A stretch of DNA of 64,000 nucleotides from assembly GCA_039621445.1 (NCBI GenBank), contig CP154954.1, positions 4,826,950 to 4,890,949 on the forward strand. Reading direction: 5' to 3'. Shown piece after piece: positions 1 through 14,500 of this stretch. The notes under the pieces were generated by a model. The model did no database searches. It had not been told where the DNA came from and saw only the letters and a list, made by a program, of their open reading frames with translations. Numbering within the stretch: the first letter of the stretch is position 1; every line of letters starts with the position of its first letter. Made by a program: the position numbers and the translations under genes. This stretch comes from Euglena gracilis. Taxonomy: Eukaryota.

Positions 1-2
1 TG

Positions 3-2436
3 TCAGTCGCCTGAATTCAGCCTGGTCTGGGAGTTGGAGCGGATGGCGCTGATGGTGCGCTCCACGGTGTGCTCTGAGGGCATATACTGCATCCAGGGTT
101 TGTAGTCGCTGGGCTTCTCCTTCTCGAACACCTTGCGGATGGTCTGTGAGTGCCAGACAGCGATAATGGTGATTCACACATTACGACCCCCCTGGTGGAA
201 AACGTGGTTGAAAAACTGCTGTCTGACCCCCCTTCCCAATCAGGGTTACCCAAAAGGCCTGGGACAAAAAATCGAAGCAACCACTTGGGATCACCTGAAA
301 TCCTCAACAATCAATTCAGTACGAACAGGGATTTCTTAGGCACCTCCGGGGTCCAGCCAGCCGGCTGGCAATGGTTGCTGGCCGGACCATCCCTTCCGGC
401 TTGAGAAATGCAGTGATCATGATTTTTTTTAAGAAAAACTGTAAAATGGTTCAAAAATGCATGCTTGCAAAACCTTTCAAAACAGAAATTCCTTCGCACA
501 GAAACCTTGAAATGGCGGTTCTGCTTCTTCAGTTCATAGTACCGCTGGAAGGCCAACGTCTCGCCACAAAGGTGCCGAAGCTCACCGGCAGGCTGCGACA
601 CCAATGCTATCCATCCAGGCTGCCAATCGAAGTCACCCGGGCTGGCGCGACCATACAAATATATTTTTTTTTCAAAACTTGTTGAGAACAGGGCGTAGCT
701 GACAAAAATTTGACCCCACCCCCCGGGTGGGGGTCCAGCCAGTCAGCCAGCAGCCTTTTTCCAGCCCGGGACCCCCTCCCCCCCCTCAACAAATTTGATT
801 TATCTCCAGCCGCCCTTCGTGCGGCTGGATGGTAACAGAATTCTTTCGCTTTCGGGGGTGAAAAAATGGCCAAAAATGGGCGAAAATGGGTCGGAAAAAG
901 GGCTGGCCAGGGCAAATTTGGGGTCAAAAATCGACTTTTCTGCATACTTGGCAGTTATATGGACATTTTTGCGCTTTCGGTTATTTTCTTTGGCACCCAG
1001 TTGACCCGTCCAGGTCGGACCCAGCTCCAGTCCAGGAACCTATCTAGGGGGTCAGCCAGCAAATTATTTCCAACCAGCCTAAATTTTCCAGCCGCTGAGC
1101 TGGACCCCTCGGGGGGGGGGGGTCGTTTAAAAACGCCCTGGCGAGACTGGAAATGTGGAGAGGGGCCGAGGCGTGCATCCCTGGAAATATGAGCCAGAAG
1201 CCCGAACGAGGAAAATGATGCCGATTGGGAGGATTTTGGGCAGGTGGTGCACTGATACATGGTAAAAAAGGAAAACATACACACACTGACACATATTAAG
1301 AACAATCACTCGATGCAACGATGTTCACTCGATGCAATGATGTTATTAATTTATTAGTAATCATTGTTAGTTACTATCATAGAAAAAATAAACAGCAGTG
1401 TGACGGCACAGACAATGATCGCACTAGTTATTGCAGTTGTCTGACTGAGCAAAAAAAACACAGGATGGCAACCCCATTGTTTTCCTGTTTTTTTGCTTTC
1501 TCCCTTTTGACACGTCGCGGCACAGCCCACTCCTCCTCCAGCTCGCCGTTCTCCTGCTGCTGCGCCTCGATCTGCTGCTGCAGCTCCGCCGTCCGCTCCT
1601 CGAACTGCCGCAGGTCGCGCTGCTTGGCTTCGATCTCCCGCACTGCGGCAAACGCAAACGGTTTGAGCTTTGGCCAACGCCGATTCCTGCACGACGAAGC
1701 ACACCTGGGGGTCCGGGGGGGGGGGGGGGGCTTTGCTGTGTGTCACACCTGCTTCCTCTTTTTCAGTAACTTTGTGGTTGTCTTTGTTTGTGATTTTTGC
1801 TGCCATTAATCAGGGAATGTCAACGCAAAGATTGATTCGCAAAACAAACGCCGTTCCCCTCCAGCAACAAAGCATCAATTAAAGAAGGTGATAATGCTGA
1901 CGCAGGAAATCCAAAGCCCTTCTTGGCAAAAAAAAAATCAAACTATGGAAAATGTCCCCTTCCTCCGAACTCGCTGGCATGTCCATATGGCCTGCCTCCA
2001 ACCTGTGTAATCACTGATCTGCCTGGAAGTAACTGACGACTAAGGACCCTGGTCGCTTTTTGGGGGGCTTCTTTCTTTCCTTTGTTGCAATGCCAAATGA
2101 AATTTATGACATGTAACATTGCCCCCCATGATTAAAAACAATTAAATTAAGAACCAATATTATTACCATGATTTAAAAACAATTAAATTATGAATCAATA
2201 TGAGTATCACGATTTTAAAACAATTAAATTATGAATCAATATTATTATCATGATTTAAAAACAATTAAAAACAACTGGCCCACCTTTCTCGTCCACCGCC
2301 CGCCGGGCCTCCAGCAGCACCGCTTCCTTTTCCTTCAGTTCCCTCATGGCGGTCCCCACCTCAGACTCCAACTTGATCCGTGTCAGGCTTGCATGCAGAC
2401 ACGAGGAAAAGCAGAAGAGAATTGCAAAAACGGAAT

Positions 2437-2533
<97 letters not shown>

Positions 2534-5500
2534 TGCGCGCGCATGTTGCCACGCGGAAGCATGCGCGCACACGAACACACGTGTGCAGGGTAGCAAAACA
2601 AAAACAATGTTCACAGGAATTTACACACAGCATATACCCACACTGATATGTAACCAAAATTTATTGTGACACAAGAAAGAAAAAAGTCTGAGCAGTAAAA
2701 TACCAAATAAAATACCCAAAACCCCCATCCCCCGTGGGTCGACCCGCCTGCCCATCGATCTGCCCAACTAAACCAAACCCAAAACGGCGCGAAACTGATG
2801 GTGCCTCCCCGAGATCAGAAAATACTTTACATTCATTCATTTATCATTTTCCAATTTCTGTAACCACATTTACTGAAAATCATTGCATGACCTATTTTCC
2901 CATGTGTCTGAGCGCCATTTTTCAGTGAAAGAGAATGGGGGAAAAGTGTATGAGAATAACATGTGAATATAATATAATATAATATGAGAAAATAAAGAGA
3001 ATTTTCAATAAAACAGAGTGTAAAAAAGATGAAATAGTAGCATTCCCTTCATAAATTCATTTAGCGCCCCATTTTAGAGGATGGATGGGTTGGCACCATA
3101 AAAAAGAAGGGTTGCAAAGATGTTAGAAACCCAGCTGCAGACACTCCACTGCATCCATTCAGCTTGCTGAACGTGTGCAAGTCTGATTTTCGCTTCTTCC
3201 AGATGTCGCTTCTGTGCCTGAAAGGCAAACATGGAGGACGAACATTGAGGCGTTCGAGCAGGTTGGTTCTACGTCCTCATGCTTGGATAAATTCATTGAT
3301 TATCATGACTAAATGTGAAAACGTTTAAAATTTGAACAGCATTTCAATTTTCACTTTCATAAATCAAGCTCCAAAAAAATATATGTTTCAACTCAAGCGA
3401 AAAAGTTCCAACCAGCACCTTTTTGATTGCACAATTGACTTTTCAGGAACAGAGGCGGGGCCATGGGGGATTGTGGGGACGCCTGCAGGTGGTGGTTCTC
3501 CTCCCGCTGCCGCACGAGGGCGCTGGAGTTGGAGGCGGCGTGCTCCAGCTGCCCCAGCAGGTTGCGCCGTTCTGGCCGGAGCACGCAAATGTACGAGCTT
3601 TGGGGAATGCTTTTCAAACAGGGTTTTTTCTTAAGACCGGGGGGAGGGGGGTCCCCCCACCAACCCACCCACCCCCTGGGGGGGCCGCCCGGGGGGGGGG
3701 AGGTCCCGAGGGGACCCACCCACTTCCCCCCGAAAATGGCCAAAAATCGCGAAAATCCTAAAAATAGCACCGTTTTCAAAAACTTTCGACCTCCCAGGGG
3801 AACCCCCCCCCCGGGGGGGCTTGGCCGGACCCACCCACCCACCCTACCCCCCCCAGGGGTCTATAAAACCCCTGATTTCAAAACCACCTCCTGGAACCTC
3901 CTGGAGGGCCCTCCAGGGCAAGGTTGGGTTTGGGGTTTTGGGTACCCCCCAAGAATTTGGTTTTTGGGGATTCCCAAAAAAGCCCAATTTTTTTGGCTTG
4001 GGACCCCCGCTGCTTTTTTACCTCTTATTGGTGGAGATTTGATTTTTTTAAATCTTTTGGTGAAGATTTCAAAAAATTATGTCCTTGGGCACCTTTGGGG
4101 TATCCTAGAGGGTGAGCACCAACAACTCCTTGATTTATCAACCTCCAGGAGGCATGGGGGTTACCAGCAGCAACACTTGGGAATTCCTGCTGCAAAAAAA
4201 CCCATTAGAATTCACCTCTTGGAATTTTCCAACAAAGAACTCAACATTTTGGCATCCATATCGTCAATGGATTTTGCCCCTAAAAAATACATCAGGAAAC
4301 GCCCTCACCCCCCTAATTGCCCCCCTCTCCCAGTTGGCTGATTCACCCAGGCTTTTGCTTAAGGACCCGGGGGGGGGGGGGTACTGGCTAGCCAATCGGC
4401 TAGACACTGGAAAAAATGGACTAGCTAGCCCCCCCCTCCCCGGGGGGGGGGGGAGTCCGGGGGTCCCCCCAACTGGAAAAATGAGGTTTTTAATAGGTTT
4501 TGGTTGTTTTGGTAGGTTTAATAGGTTTTTTCCAAAAATTCCCAAAAATGGCCAAAAACGGGAATTTTTGGCCATTTTTGGGGGTCCCAAAAAAAAGTTT
4601 TTCCACTTGCTAGCCCTGCTAGCAGACCCCCCCCGGGGGGAGGTCTGCTAGAAATCCCACTAGCCAAATTTGGACTAGCCGCAGTCCAGCCTCCCCGGGG
4701 GGGGGGGTACTGCAATCTCTTAAGCAAAAGCCTGGATTCACCTCCAGGACAAGACCGGCTGGTGAAATTTGGCATTCTCCAAAACCTCCTTTTCAAAATT
4801 AAAAGTTGCCAGATAATTTTATGGAAAACCCAAACATGCACAAAAAAAAACAACTAAATTTGCATGGGTCAAACAATTAGGTCAAAGAAACTGGCCCCCC
4901 CACCCCGGGAAACTGTCACCAAACAAATCAGCTAATACAGAGGTAGGAGACATGTAGCCAGGTATGAGACCAGATGACAACTTCCCGGCAGGTCTGGTCA
5001 AAAGAACAAAGTTGACATTTTCAACTCCCCAACTAAAAAAAGAATCTGGAAAAGGACTTCAAAAAAAATTCAAAAATGTGAAAAAATGTAGAAAAAGTTA
5101 AAAAATGTTAAAAATTAAAAATATAAAAGTTAAAAAATGGGCAAATCACAAAAAAATGCGCTAAAAAGGGGTAAAATGTGCAAAAATGCGGATTGATGAA
5201 AAAAAAATGCGCAAAAAGGTGAAAAAATATGAAAAAAACGCGAAGCACATCCCCCTGGTGGGAGGGGGGAGGGGGCCGTCCTCTGCCGATGATGGCTGTT
5301 TGCAAGGGAAGATATTTCAGAAAACAAAGAAAATTCTTGCCAAAAAAAATTGTGGGGACAGGGGGGGGGGCTTCCACTTAGATTCGGCGCGGTTCCCAGG
5401 CGAAACGGGCCGAAAATCCGAAAGGTTGGATGCTGGTCACCCTTCACAACCCCCCCCCCCCTGATCACTCTACTTGCCCCCCCAGGGGGGGCCGGGGGAA

Positions 5501-8500
5501 GAGAAAGGTAGAGTGATGCTGCCGTTTGCTTGTTTGTTTGTTTGTTTGTTTGTTTGTTTGTTTGTTTGTTTGTTTGTTTGTTTGCTTGTTTGTTTGATTG
5601 TTTGTTTGTTTGTTTGTTTGTTGTTCATTCATTTAGTCATTTACACACATAAGTATTTAATAATTTAGTTAGTTAGTTAGTTAATTATTTAATTTATTGA
5701 TTTTCTGACTGATTTATTTATTTGGTAGCAATGAACTATGTGGCCCGCCAAGTGGTTCATCCTGGGGGGGGGGGCAGAGAATTCTACGCTGTTCCCACTT
5801 CTCGTTTCAAAGCCGGGGTTATGTTCGGAAATAAGTTTAGAGTTATGGCCGGGTTGCTGTGGGACTCCCGTTGTCATTGCTTTGGGCCAAAGTCAGGCTA
5901 GATTTTGGCCGAATTCAGGTGAAATTTGGGCAAAAACTCAAAAACCTTCCCAAATGGAGTTCTATTTCCATATTCTTACTGCCCCCCCCCCCGGGGAATT
6001 GCCCCCCCAGCCCCCCCAGGAGGGGGCATATAATTCATTGCAGCAATGAACTACTTAGCCCCCGGAAACACATAATTCATCGAATTCATTTTATTTTATT
6101 ACTTGTTGAGTCGTTCTCTTGGTACGTTTTCGGAACGAAAAAACAACCATCTGCTATCAACTACCGGGGAACAACAGGGGAAAAATACAAACAACAAGAG
6201 AAACGTTTTTTTTCATTCCACGTGTGCCTTTCTTGCTATATTCTTCTTCACATTCTTCTTTTTTGACCTTATTATCTTGCATTTCTCAACCCCGTTTGTG
6301 AGAGGCCAAGAAGCAAAATATACAATCCGACGTGATCCGAATCTGATTCCTCGAATGGGACGGGGGTTGGGGAGGGGAGGGTCCAACACCTTCCTGGGAG
6401 TGGTGCAGCTGCCTCCGTAGGGCATCGCGCTCCTCCGCCGCCCCGCTGTTCAACCGCAGCTGCCGCCATCAGGCTCGCTTCACAAGGACCCCTTGGGGTG
6501 GGAGACTGATGACGTCAGGGATTTGTATGCAATTATGTATGTATGTATGTATGCATGCATGCATGTATGTATGTATGTATGTATGTATGTATGTATGTAT
6601 GTATGTATGTATGTATGTATGTATGTATGTATGTATGTATGTATGTATGTATGTATGTATGTATGTATGTATGTATGTATGTATGTATGTATGTATGTAT
6701 GTATGTATGTGTGTGTGTGTGTGTGTATAGGGCTGCCGAGATTCGGCCATTGATCAAGCTCAAGGACTGGGAGAGGAGGTCAACCTGCCCAGGCGTTTCG
6801 CTGGCTGCAACTGGAAAGCCACCGCTGTTAGACCCCTCCCCAGCGGGAAGGCCTGGTGAGCCCTGTCCACCAGAGCAGTTTCCAGGGGAAAAAATCCTTC
6901 GCGCCAAAGGAATATTTGACCTCGGACCTTGAAAATTGTGGTGCCTCCTCTGGAGAAAGGGCAAAATGGGGGTGGCGGCAGACCCCCCAGTCCCAACGCC
7001 CATAAGGTTTCCATTCCCGTTCAGCTGTGGGGCAGATGACTTGCCGGGTTTTCCGTCCACCACTTTAGGACCGCTGGCACAGATGGTGTGGTGGTTCTTT
7101 GGCTGAAGCGATTCCTGCACGCTGGAGTGACGCGATCATGGAGTCCTTCAACGCACACTCTGGGAAGACAGAAAACAGAAAACTTCTGTTAAAAAGACAG
7201 AAAACTTCTATTAAACAAAAACCTGTTGAAAAGGTGGCAAACACATAATCATTGCAAAACCTTCAAAGAATGGACGTGTTTTCCCCTTCCCTGGGGTGCA
7301 TCATCGCTGTCGAGAGCAGAGAAAACAACAAAGTTCACTTTCCCACCTTAGGTGATTGCTCCATCAAACACTTGGGCCAATTTGGCCCAAAAAAAACTAG
7401 GCATTTGGGTCATTTCTTCGAGGGGAAAAACTGTGCATTGGACGTTGGGCAATGTTACACCAACAACAAAAAAAAGTGCAGGGACAACTTCTCAAACCAC
7501 AGGTCTCATGCTTCATTCAGAATTTTCACCAGTCCAATTTGCGTCAGGCGTCGCAAGCAGGTGTCCGTTACTGTAAGCGCTAGGCGCTATGGGAGAAGCT
7601 CTGGTATGCTGGAACCTCCTCCAGTGAATTCAAAGGCTGTGCAGCCATTGAGCCTTTGAGCCTTTGAAATGCCTGACAACAGTGCAGTGGACAATCCGCG
7701 TTTCTATGAAACTGCTTGCAAAGCTCCTTGGGTGATAATCCAAAAATCCAGAACTTTTTGGTTTGAAATTATGAGATTTGGTTGTTGTTGTTTTTTGGGA
7801 AATGCTGTCCATATGGAATTTTGTCAGCCTTTTGCAGAAACTTCAAAATTTGCAGAAAACCGTTTCAGCTAAGATTTTGGGCTTGCGTAAAGTTTTTCTC
7901 AATTATAGGGCCAACGTTTTGCAGAATGGGTGCATTCACAACCTTATGGGAGGAGGGTCACTTGGACAATTCCCCCCGCCCCCTGTCCCAGGCCCTTGAT
8001 TTTGAAAATGGCCAAAAACTTCAGGCTGCACCCCTGGGAAGGGGGACCCCCAACCCCGGCGGCGCTGTGGTCGTGGCGTTTGCGGTGCACTCCCCCGCAC
8101 CGTTGTGGTGGTGGTGCAGGGGGGCCCAGCTTCTTTTTCAAGGACGCCAGATTCAGGAATCTCCGGGTTGGGTTTTTGTCTGCCATGGAATGAACAGATG
8201 AGATGGGCTGGGTTGGGAACTGAAAGGATGAGAAGGGCGCGACTGCACTGTGCTGGGCTGGTTACCCCCCAACGTATTAATTGAGCGGGAAAGGGGGGTC
8301 ACGACCCCCTTCCCAGGGGGGGGGGGTCAGACCCTTTCCCCTTGCACAAAAAAAAAACTGGCGCAAAGCGCCGGAAAAAGCCCCTGCCCATACCCCCCCC
8401 CCCGACACCAGACCCCCCATCCACACCGGAGCACTTCTCCTTCTTATCCGGGGGTTTGTTCTTGAGGTAGCCGTACTGCCGCTCCAGGGACAGGGACTTG

Positions 8501-11500
8501 GCGTCCCGCAGGCAGTCAAACGAGTTGCGTCGCCGCTTGCCGTACCGGATGAGTGGTGCACTGGCCGCCTTGGACCCTTGGCTGGCGGCGTGCGCATGGC
8601 GGGTTGGTTTTCAAAGAAAACCGGAGGATGGACACAAAGTCAATTAATTAATTGCCAGTTCACTCACGGCGTCCGGGATAAAATAACGAATAACAAAAAC
8701 CTATTTGAATTCACTTTTGCCCTTTATCACACCGGGTATTTTACTTTGGTCCAAGCAGAAACAATTCCGAGTGGTTTTTAATACACACGCACACAATGCA
8801 TTCAGTATTACCCCCCTGGGGTGATTGTCTTCTGGGTCTCAACCAATGGATTCACTTAACACCTGTGTGACCCATCCCACAAGGGGGGGGGTTCGAGAGT
8901 GGGTGGGTGGGTTGGGGTCCTGGGACCCCCCCCCAAAATCCAGCCAAAATCGGCCGAAAACGGTGAAAAAATTTTCCGGGCAAAAACCTGACCCATGGCG
9001 TGCCCCACCCCTGGTTGACCCCCCCCCAGGGGGGTCGTGCGTGGGTGGGTTTGGGCCCGGGAAACAGTGTCCCTCCCCGGAGAGTCACTATATGAATCTA
9101 TGGACTAAACAACTGACCCGTGTATGTCCCCTACCAACTTCGCAATTGACCAAAACCATGAAAAACATAAAGGTCGATTTTTGTGGGGACCGTTGTGATC
9201 TATGGAGCACCCCCTGGGGATCCACCGGTCCAAACCCACCCACACGTTCTCGCACCAACCCTTGGAGCGCGGTTCGATACAAGAGCAAGTAGGGGGTGGC
9301 GGACCCCCCCCTCCAGTCCAGGAGGGGGGCGACACCCCCCCCTCCTCACAGTTGCACGGTCCAGGGGACTGGTTCTTGCCCCCCCCCCAAATCGGCCAAA
9401 GAACCATGTTGGGCACTTTTTGGGCAAACAAAATTGTCAAAAATACCAAAAAAAAACTATCGCAAAGCACAAAGCGCAAACCGCCAAACGATGGAAAAAA
9501 AATTGACCGGAGGGGCGGTCCAAGATACCCCCTGCCGGCCCCAGGTATCTCCCCTGGGTCGTTCCAGACAAGAAAGGGGACTCTGGAAGGGGGATCCGGT
9601 CCAGGAGCCCCTGGACCCTGGACCAGAGACCCTAGACCCTGGGGTCCAGCGGGACTCCTGGACTGGACCCTGTCCCCGGCCCAGGAGGGGGGGACCCCCC
9701 CCCCTGCCTCGTACGCCTCCTTATGTCGATCCCTGTCGTGGAGGGAACACACACAGACCCCACCCAGGCCGTCGACTGGCACGGTCGGCCTCCGCCGGGA
9801 AGGAGTGGGACGTCAGGATGAACTGCGACAGGTTCTGGTACTTCTTCAGCAGCTCCGCCCGCTTCGCGTCCTCCTGCTGCAGCCGGCTGGCCAGGACCTC
9901 CTTCTCCTGTGCACCGCGAAAGGGGGAAAAGGGGACTCCGCTGGGAGCAAACCGCCACCAGCAGAACAAAAAAGAGAATTTAAATATTTGGAAACAGTCA
10001 GCGCGAAGGGCCGAACGCTGCCACCCGCCCTTACCCAGGTCGAGTCACATACGCACGTTACGGTGCACAATTTGGAGCCATTCACCAAAAGCTTCTTTTG
10101 CACTCGGAAGACCCCCAGGGGGCAGGGCATTAAATGAGTAGGGGGGACAAAGACCCCCCCACCCAGAGAGGGATTTGTGCGGGGGGGGGGGGGGTCGGAT
10201 ATCTGCCCTGAAAAAATAAATAAAATCCAGCGCGAAGAGGCAGAAAAAAATTTCAGCTTTTTAAAAAAGCTGAAAAACAAAAAACAGGGGTCCAGACTCC
10301 CTTTCAAGGGGGTCCGCCTCCAGACCAAAATATTTTTTCTCTGAGGCTTCGTGCAAGGGAAGATAAAATTTTGGTACCCCCCCGGGCAATTGTCGCGCGA
10401 CAAATCGGGCAGCACGGAGGGGGGTGACAATTTCCCGGGGTGACAATTTGGCCGGCACAGAGCGGGGTGACAATTGCCCGGGGGCGTCAATTGCCCACCC
10501 ATGTAGGCCACATGAAATCCAAATGACCAAGAACACCATCTGAAACACCAGTGAACACGCAAAAATGCAGCCATAGTTGTGATATTGTGCAGAGCATTTG
10601 GTATATGACATTTCTCAGCACGTTGTGGCGAAATAGAGGATCAATCGAGTCGTGTCGGCGAAAAGCAAATTCACAAAAATCTTCTGTGGGGGGGGGGTGA
10701 CAAATTGGGCAGCACGGAAGGGGGGTGACAATTTCCCGGGGTGACAAATTGGCCAGCACAGCCAGGGGTGACAATTGCCCGGGGGCGTCAATTGCCCGGG
10801 GGCGTCAATTGCCCGGGGGGTCAATTGACCGGGGGGTCAATTGACCGGGGGGGGGGGCGGGTATACTTTTGGGTTGGTGGGTGAAAGCCAGACCCTGGGG
10901 GGTGGGTCGTGGGCTGGATGCCTGAATATGGGTTCCGACGCAAAATGGCAGAATTTTTTTTGGAAATGCCTTCAGACCACCTGGTTTTGGTGGGGGATCC
11001 CCACACCCCGGCTTGTGGGAGGGGGGGGGATTAGTCGGAGGGTGGGAGGGGGGGGGGAAGCTCGTTTGATTGGCACGCCTTGGTTCAAACATTAAAATCC
11101 AGATGCAAACGTTCTGAGGCGCTGTTCAGGGAGACACGGGTGGGACCTGCACGACGCCGACGTTCTGCGTGTTGATCAGGAGCATTTGGGTCTGCAGCTC
11201 CCGCAGCTCGGTCTGGTAGTAGTCCAGCAGCCCCTCGTCTTTCGTGACGGCCACCTGAGGCATGTTGACCCGCCCAGCAGCACTGTTCCATGTTGCAGGA
11301 GATGCCAAATGGGAAAACTGGCAACGAAAATATATTTTTAGAAATTATACATATGATATATCTTATTTAAAATATTATATTTTATGCATATACTTTAATA
11401 TATTATATTTTGTATGTAGAAACATTATGCTTTATGAATATTATTTTATGTCATAATATATATATAATATGTTATAATTTAAATTTTATATATTATATGT

Positions 11501-14500
11501 ACTATATTTAATACATTGCAGCATCCATCCTGGTATTTGTGTGGTGCAAAACAAACCTAAGACGATGTGGATTTTCAGATTTATTGTGGTGCGGACTACA
11601 ATCTCAAAGTCGGAGATTTATTGTGGTGCGGACTACAATCTCAAAGTCGGAGATTTATTGTGGTGCGGACTACAATCTCAAAGTCGGCAAAACATCTTTG
11701 TGAATGACACCAACCAGACATATGCTGGAGTTATGCTGGATCACTAATGTAGACCTTCAGCATAATAATTTACTGGCATTCAAACCAATCTCCTGAAAAT
11801 ATGTGTGCCATGATTATCCACCGATTTTAAATTTGAAAAAGGAATGCAGCAGCTGACCTGATGAGGGTGATTGCTGATTTGCTGCGCTGTGAATGCGAAC
11901 CTGTGCAGGAACGATGTCACACTTGGAAAACTTCTTCTTTGAGATGCAACAAACTCGAAGACACTCTGGGATCCCCAATTTTATCGGTGCAGCAAGAATG
12001 CCATTTTCAGGTTGAGTGATTGTGTTTGAAAAAAAAGCAATTTTTTTATTTTTTAGATCCCCGCTATTATTTTTATTTTTAGACCCTTCCACCGGATGGC
12101 ATTTCTCAACAGAAATCCAAAAAAATACACCCCCCCCAAAGACCCCCCTTTGGTATTTTCAGCGACGGACCCAAAAAAGTGGAGTGGGGTTAGGACTTCC
12201 TGTCATATGCAGGTTTGCTGGAACCGGGGACCGTGATAATTTCCTGACCATGACAATGAGAACCAGTCAACCCAACGGCAACCCATTATTTTTAGATGCC
12301 CCCAAGTTTTTGTAACCTGAAATCTGGATTATGGTGTTCCCCAGCAGAAGAGAAGGGAAGAGGCGTCACTTTCACACAAACAAAAGGTGTTCCCTTTCAC
12401 AAAAGTGAACCAAAAGGTTTTGCTGCTGCTACCCGAGGACCTTGTATGTAAGAGTAATGTATTGCATGAGCACCTTCAACACACACACACACACACGCAC
12501 GCACGCACGATTGCACACACCCACACACACCCACACCCACACACACACACGCGCGCGCGCACGCACGCACACGCAAGCTGTAAACCCACAACCACATAGA
12601 ACACAAATGAAAAAAATAATAAACAAAAAAATATATAGATAACTATATATATTAAAAATATTAAAAATAAAGCAAAATCACGGTACAAGACAGACACCTC
12701 AGCGTGGCGCTGGTCTCCTTATCGTCGGTGTCGGACATCCAGGGGTTGATGGTGGCGATGATTACGGTGGAGGAGTTTCCCCCGAGCGCCGGGCGCAGGA
12801 TCCGCGTCAACTTGGAGTCTGCAAATGTGACAAAAACGAAGCTGCTCATCGCCCATGGTGGGTGGGTGGATGGGAGGTGGGAATTCAAATGGATGTAATT
12901 AAATTCTTCCAAAGGTACCGTAAAAAAAAAATATGCATATCCCACAAAACCAGCTGTAAACGTCAAAATCAACTGTTTTGTCGAGGGATTCTTGCACAAT
13001 ATCTGCAAAATGAATTGTTTTTGTTCGAGAGGGAATTTTTGAGACCAGGGGAGGGGTCCCCACAGGCTTCTTTTTACCAACCCCGGGGGTGCGTTGTGCT
13101 GTGGGCCGGTTTTGGGTCCCGCAGCCTGTCACGACACCTTCAGCGGTGTTGCACTACCACCCCAAAACCTGACCCCCCCCAGGGGTGAAAATGCCCTCCC
13201 CCGTGCCTGCCCAGATCCACCCCCCGGGTGCGAACTTCCTTGCCCCCCCCCCCCCCCCTATGTCCAACGACCGGTAACCTCTGTCCTCTGACCGGGGGGG
13301 CGGTCATTGGACATAGGGTAGTGACCAAAAAGGTGTCCTCTGACCGGGGGGGGGGGGTCGTTGGACACAGGGCCGGGAAAAAAAATGGCTGAAACCCCCC
13401 AAAACAGGTCAAAATTTTCCTTCCGGCGCTTCGCGCCTCCATTTCCAGCCCTGTCAACAAATATTTCCTCAAATAGCACCCAAAACGTACCTTCACGCCG
13501 CGGGATTTCAAAAAGAAACAAAGATGCCCAGTTGACAATCCCTGCATTCCATCAACCATCTTCACTCCATCATACAACCTAGCACACACCCGAAAATGTC
13601 ATGGTGGAATGTTGGGAGTGTGGTGAAGCTCCTTCAACAACCGCAAGCACTATCTCCCTGGTGGAGCGCTCGTAATGCACAAAACTCCCCAGAGGGAACA
13701 TTTTAATGGACGATGGGCTGCGGGGTAGAGGACAAGGGCGGAAGAAAAGCCTTTCAGGGCTGGCAAACCTCCGGTTTTCACACACCTGCAAAAAAAACAT
13801 CAAACCTCCGAAAAGGTGTCCTCTGACCGGGGGGGTTGTCGTTGGACATAGGGGGGTCGTTGGACATAGGGGGGGTAAAAAGAAGCATGTTCCCCCATCC
13901 ACCCACAGGGAACCCCTACCCCAGGGTCTCTTTTGGACCCCAATTTTGAGGTTCAAAATTTTGTTCGGCGCTTCGTGCCAAAAACGGAGGAATCTCCCCT
14001 CTGGATGAGACTCCCCCCGGCGGACCCTCGTACCCTACACCCCCCCAACCTTTAAAATCCCTGCAAGCTGCATGGGGTGGGGAACACTAACCCTTCTTTC
14101 TTTATCCTTCCTTTAAGAAAAAAATACACTTTTTATCAAGTCATTTGTATAGTCATTTTTCTTGATCATTTTCAAAAAAAGCATACTTTTCTGGTATTGT
14201 TATTATAATTCCATCTGGATTCAGCAAAACCAACTTTTGCAATGTTGTTCCCACTCACATCAAATAAAGCGTGATATTTTCTGACAAGGAACTTTTCACA
14301 GCGTTTTCAAGAATTTCCAACCAGGGGGAGACCAACCAGACCCTTGGGTGTTGGACCTTGAAACTGACTTTCGTGGGGCGTGTTTGCGTGTTTTCTTGGG
14401 GAAGAATCTTGCAACATTTCACTTTCGAATAATCCGGCAGGGAACGGCAATTACGTGGGAGGCCGCATTTTAATCTGTGGGGCCTTTCCCATTTTGAACA

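Noticed and set aside
6533-7120. 195-aa protein-like ORF in the kinesin gene
   Set aside because: Lies within the stem-bounded intron 6465-7120, whose removal gives a better coiled coil.
11577-11687. 37-bp repeats of CRISPR-like length
   Set aside because: Head-to-tail with no spacers, inside a eukaryotic intron, and no cas genes.
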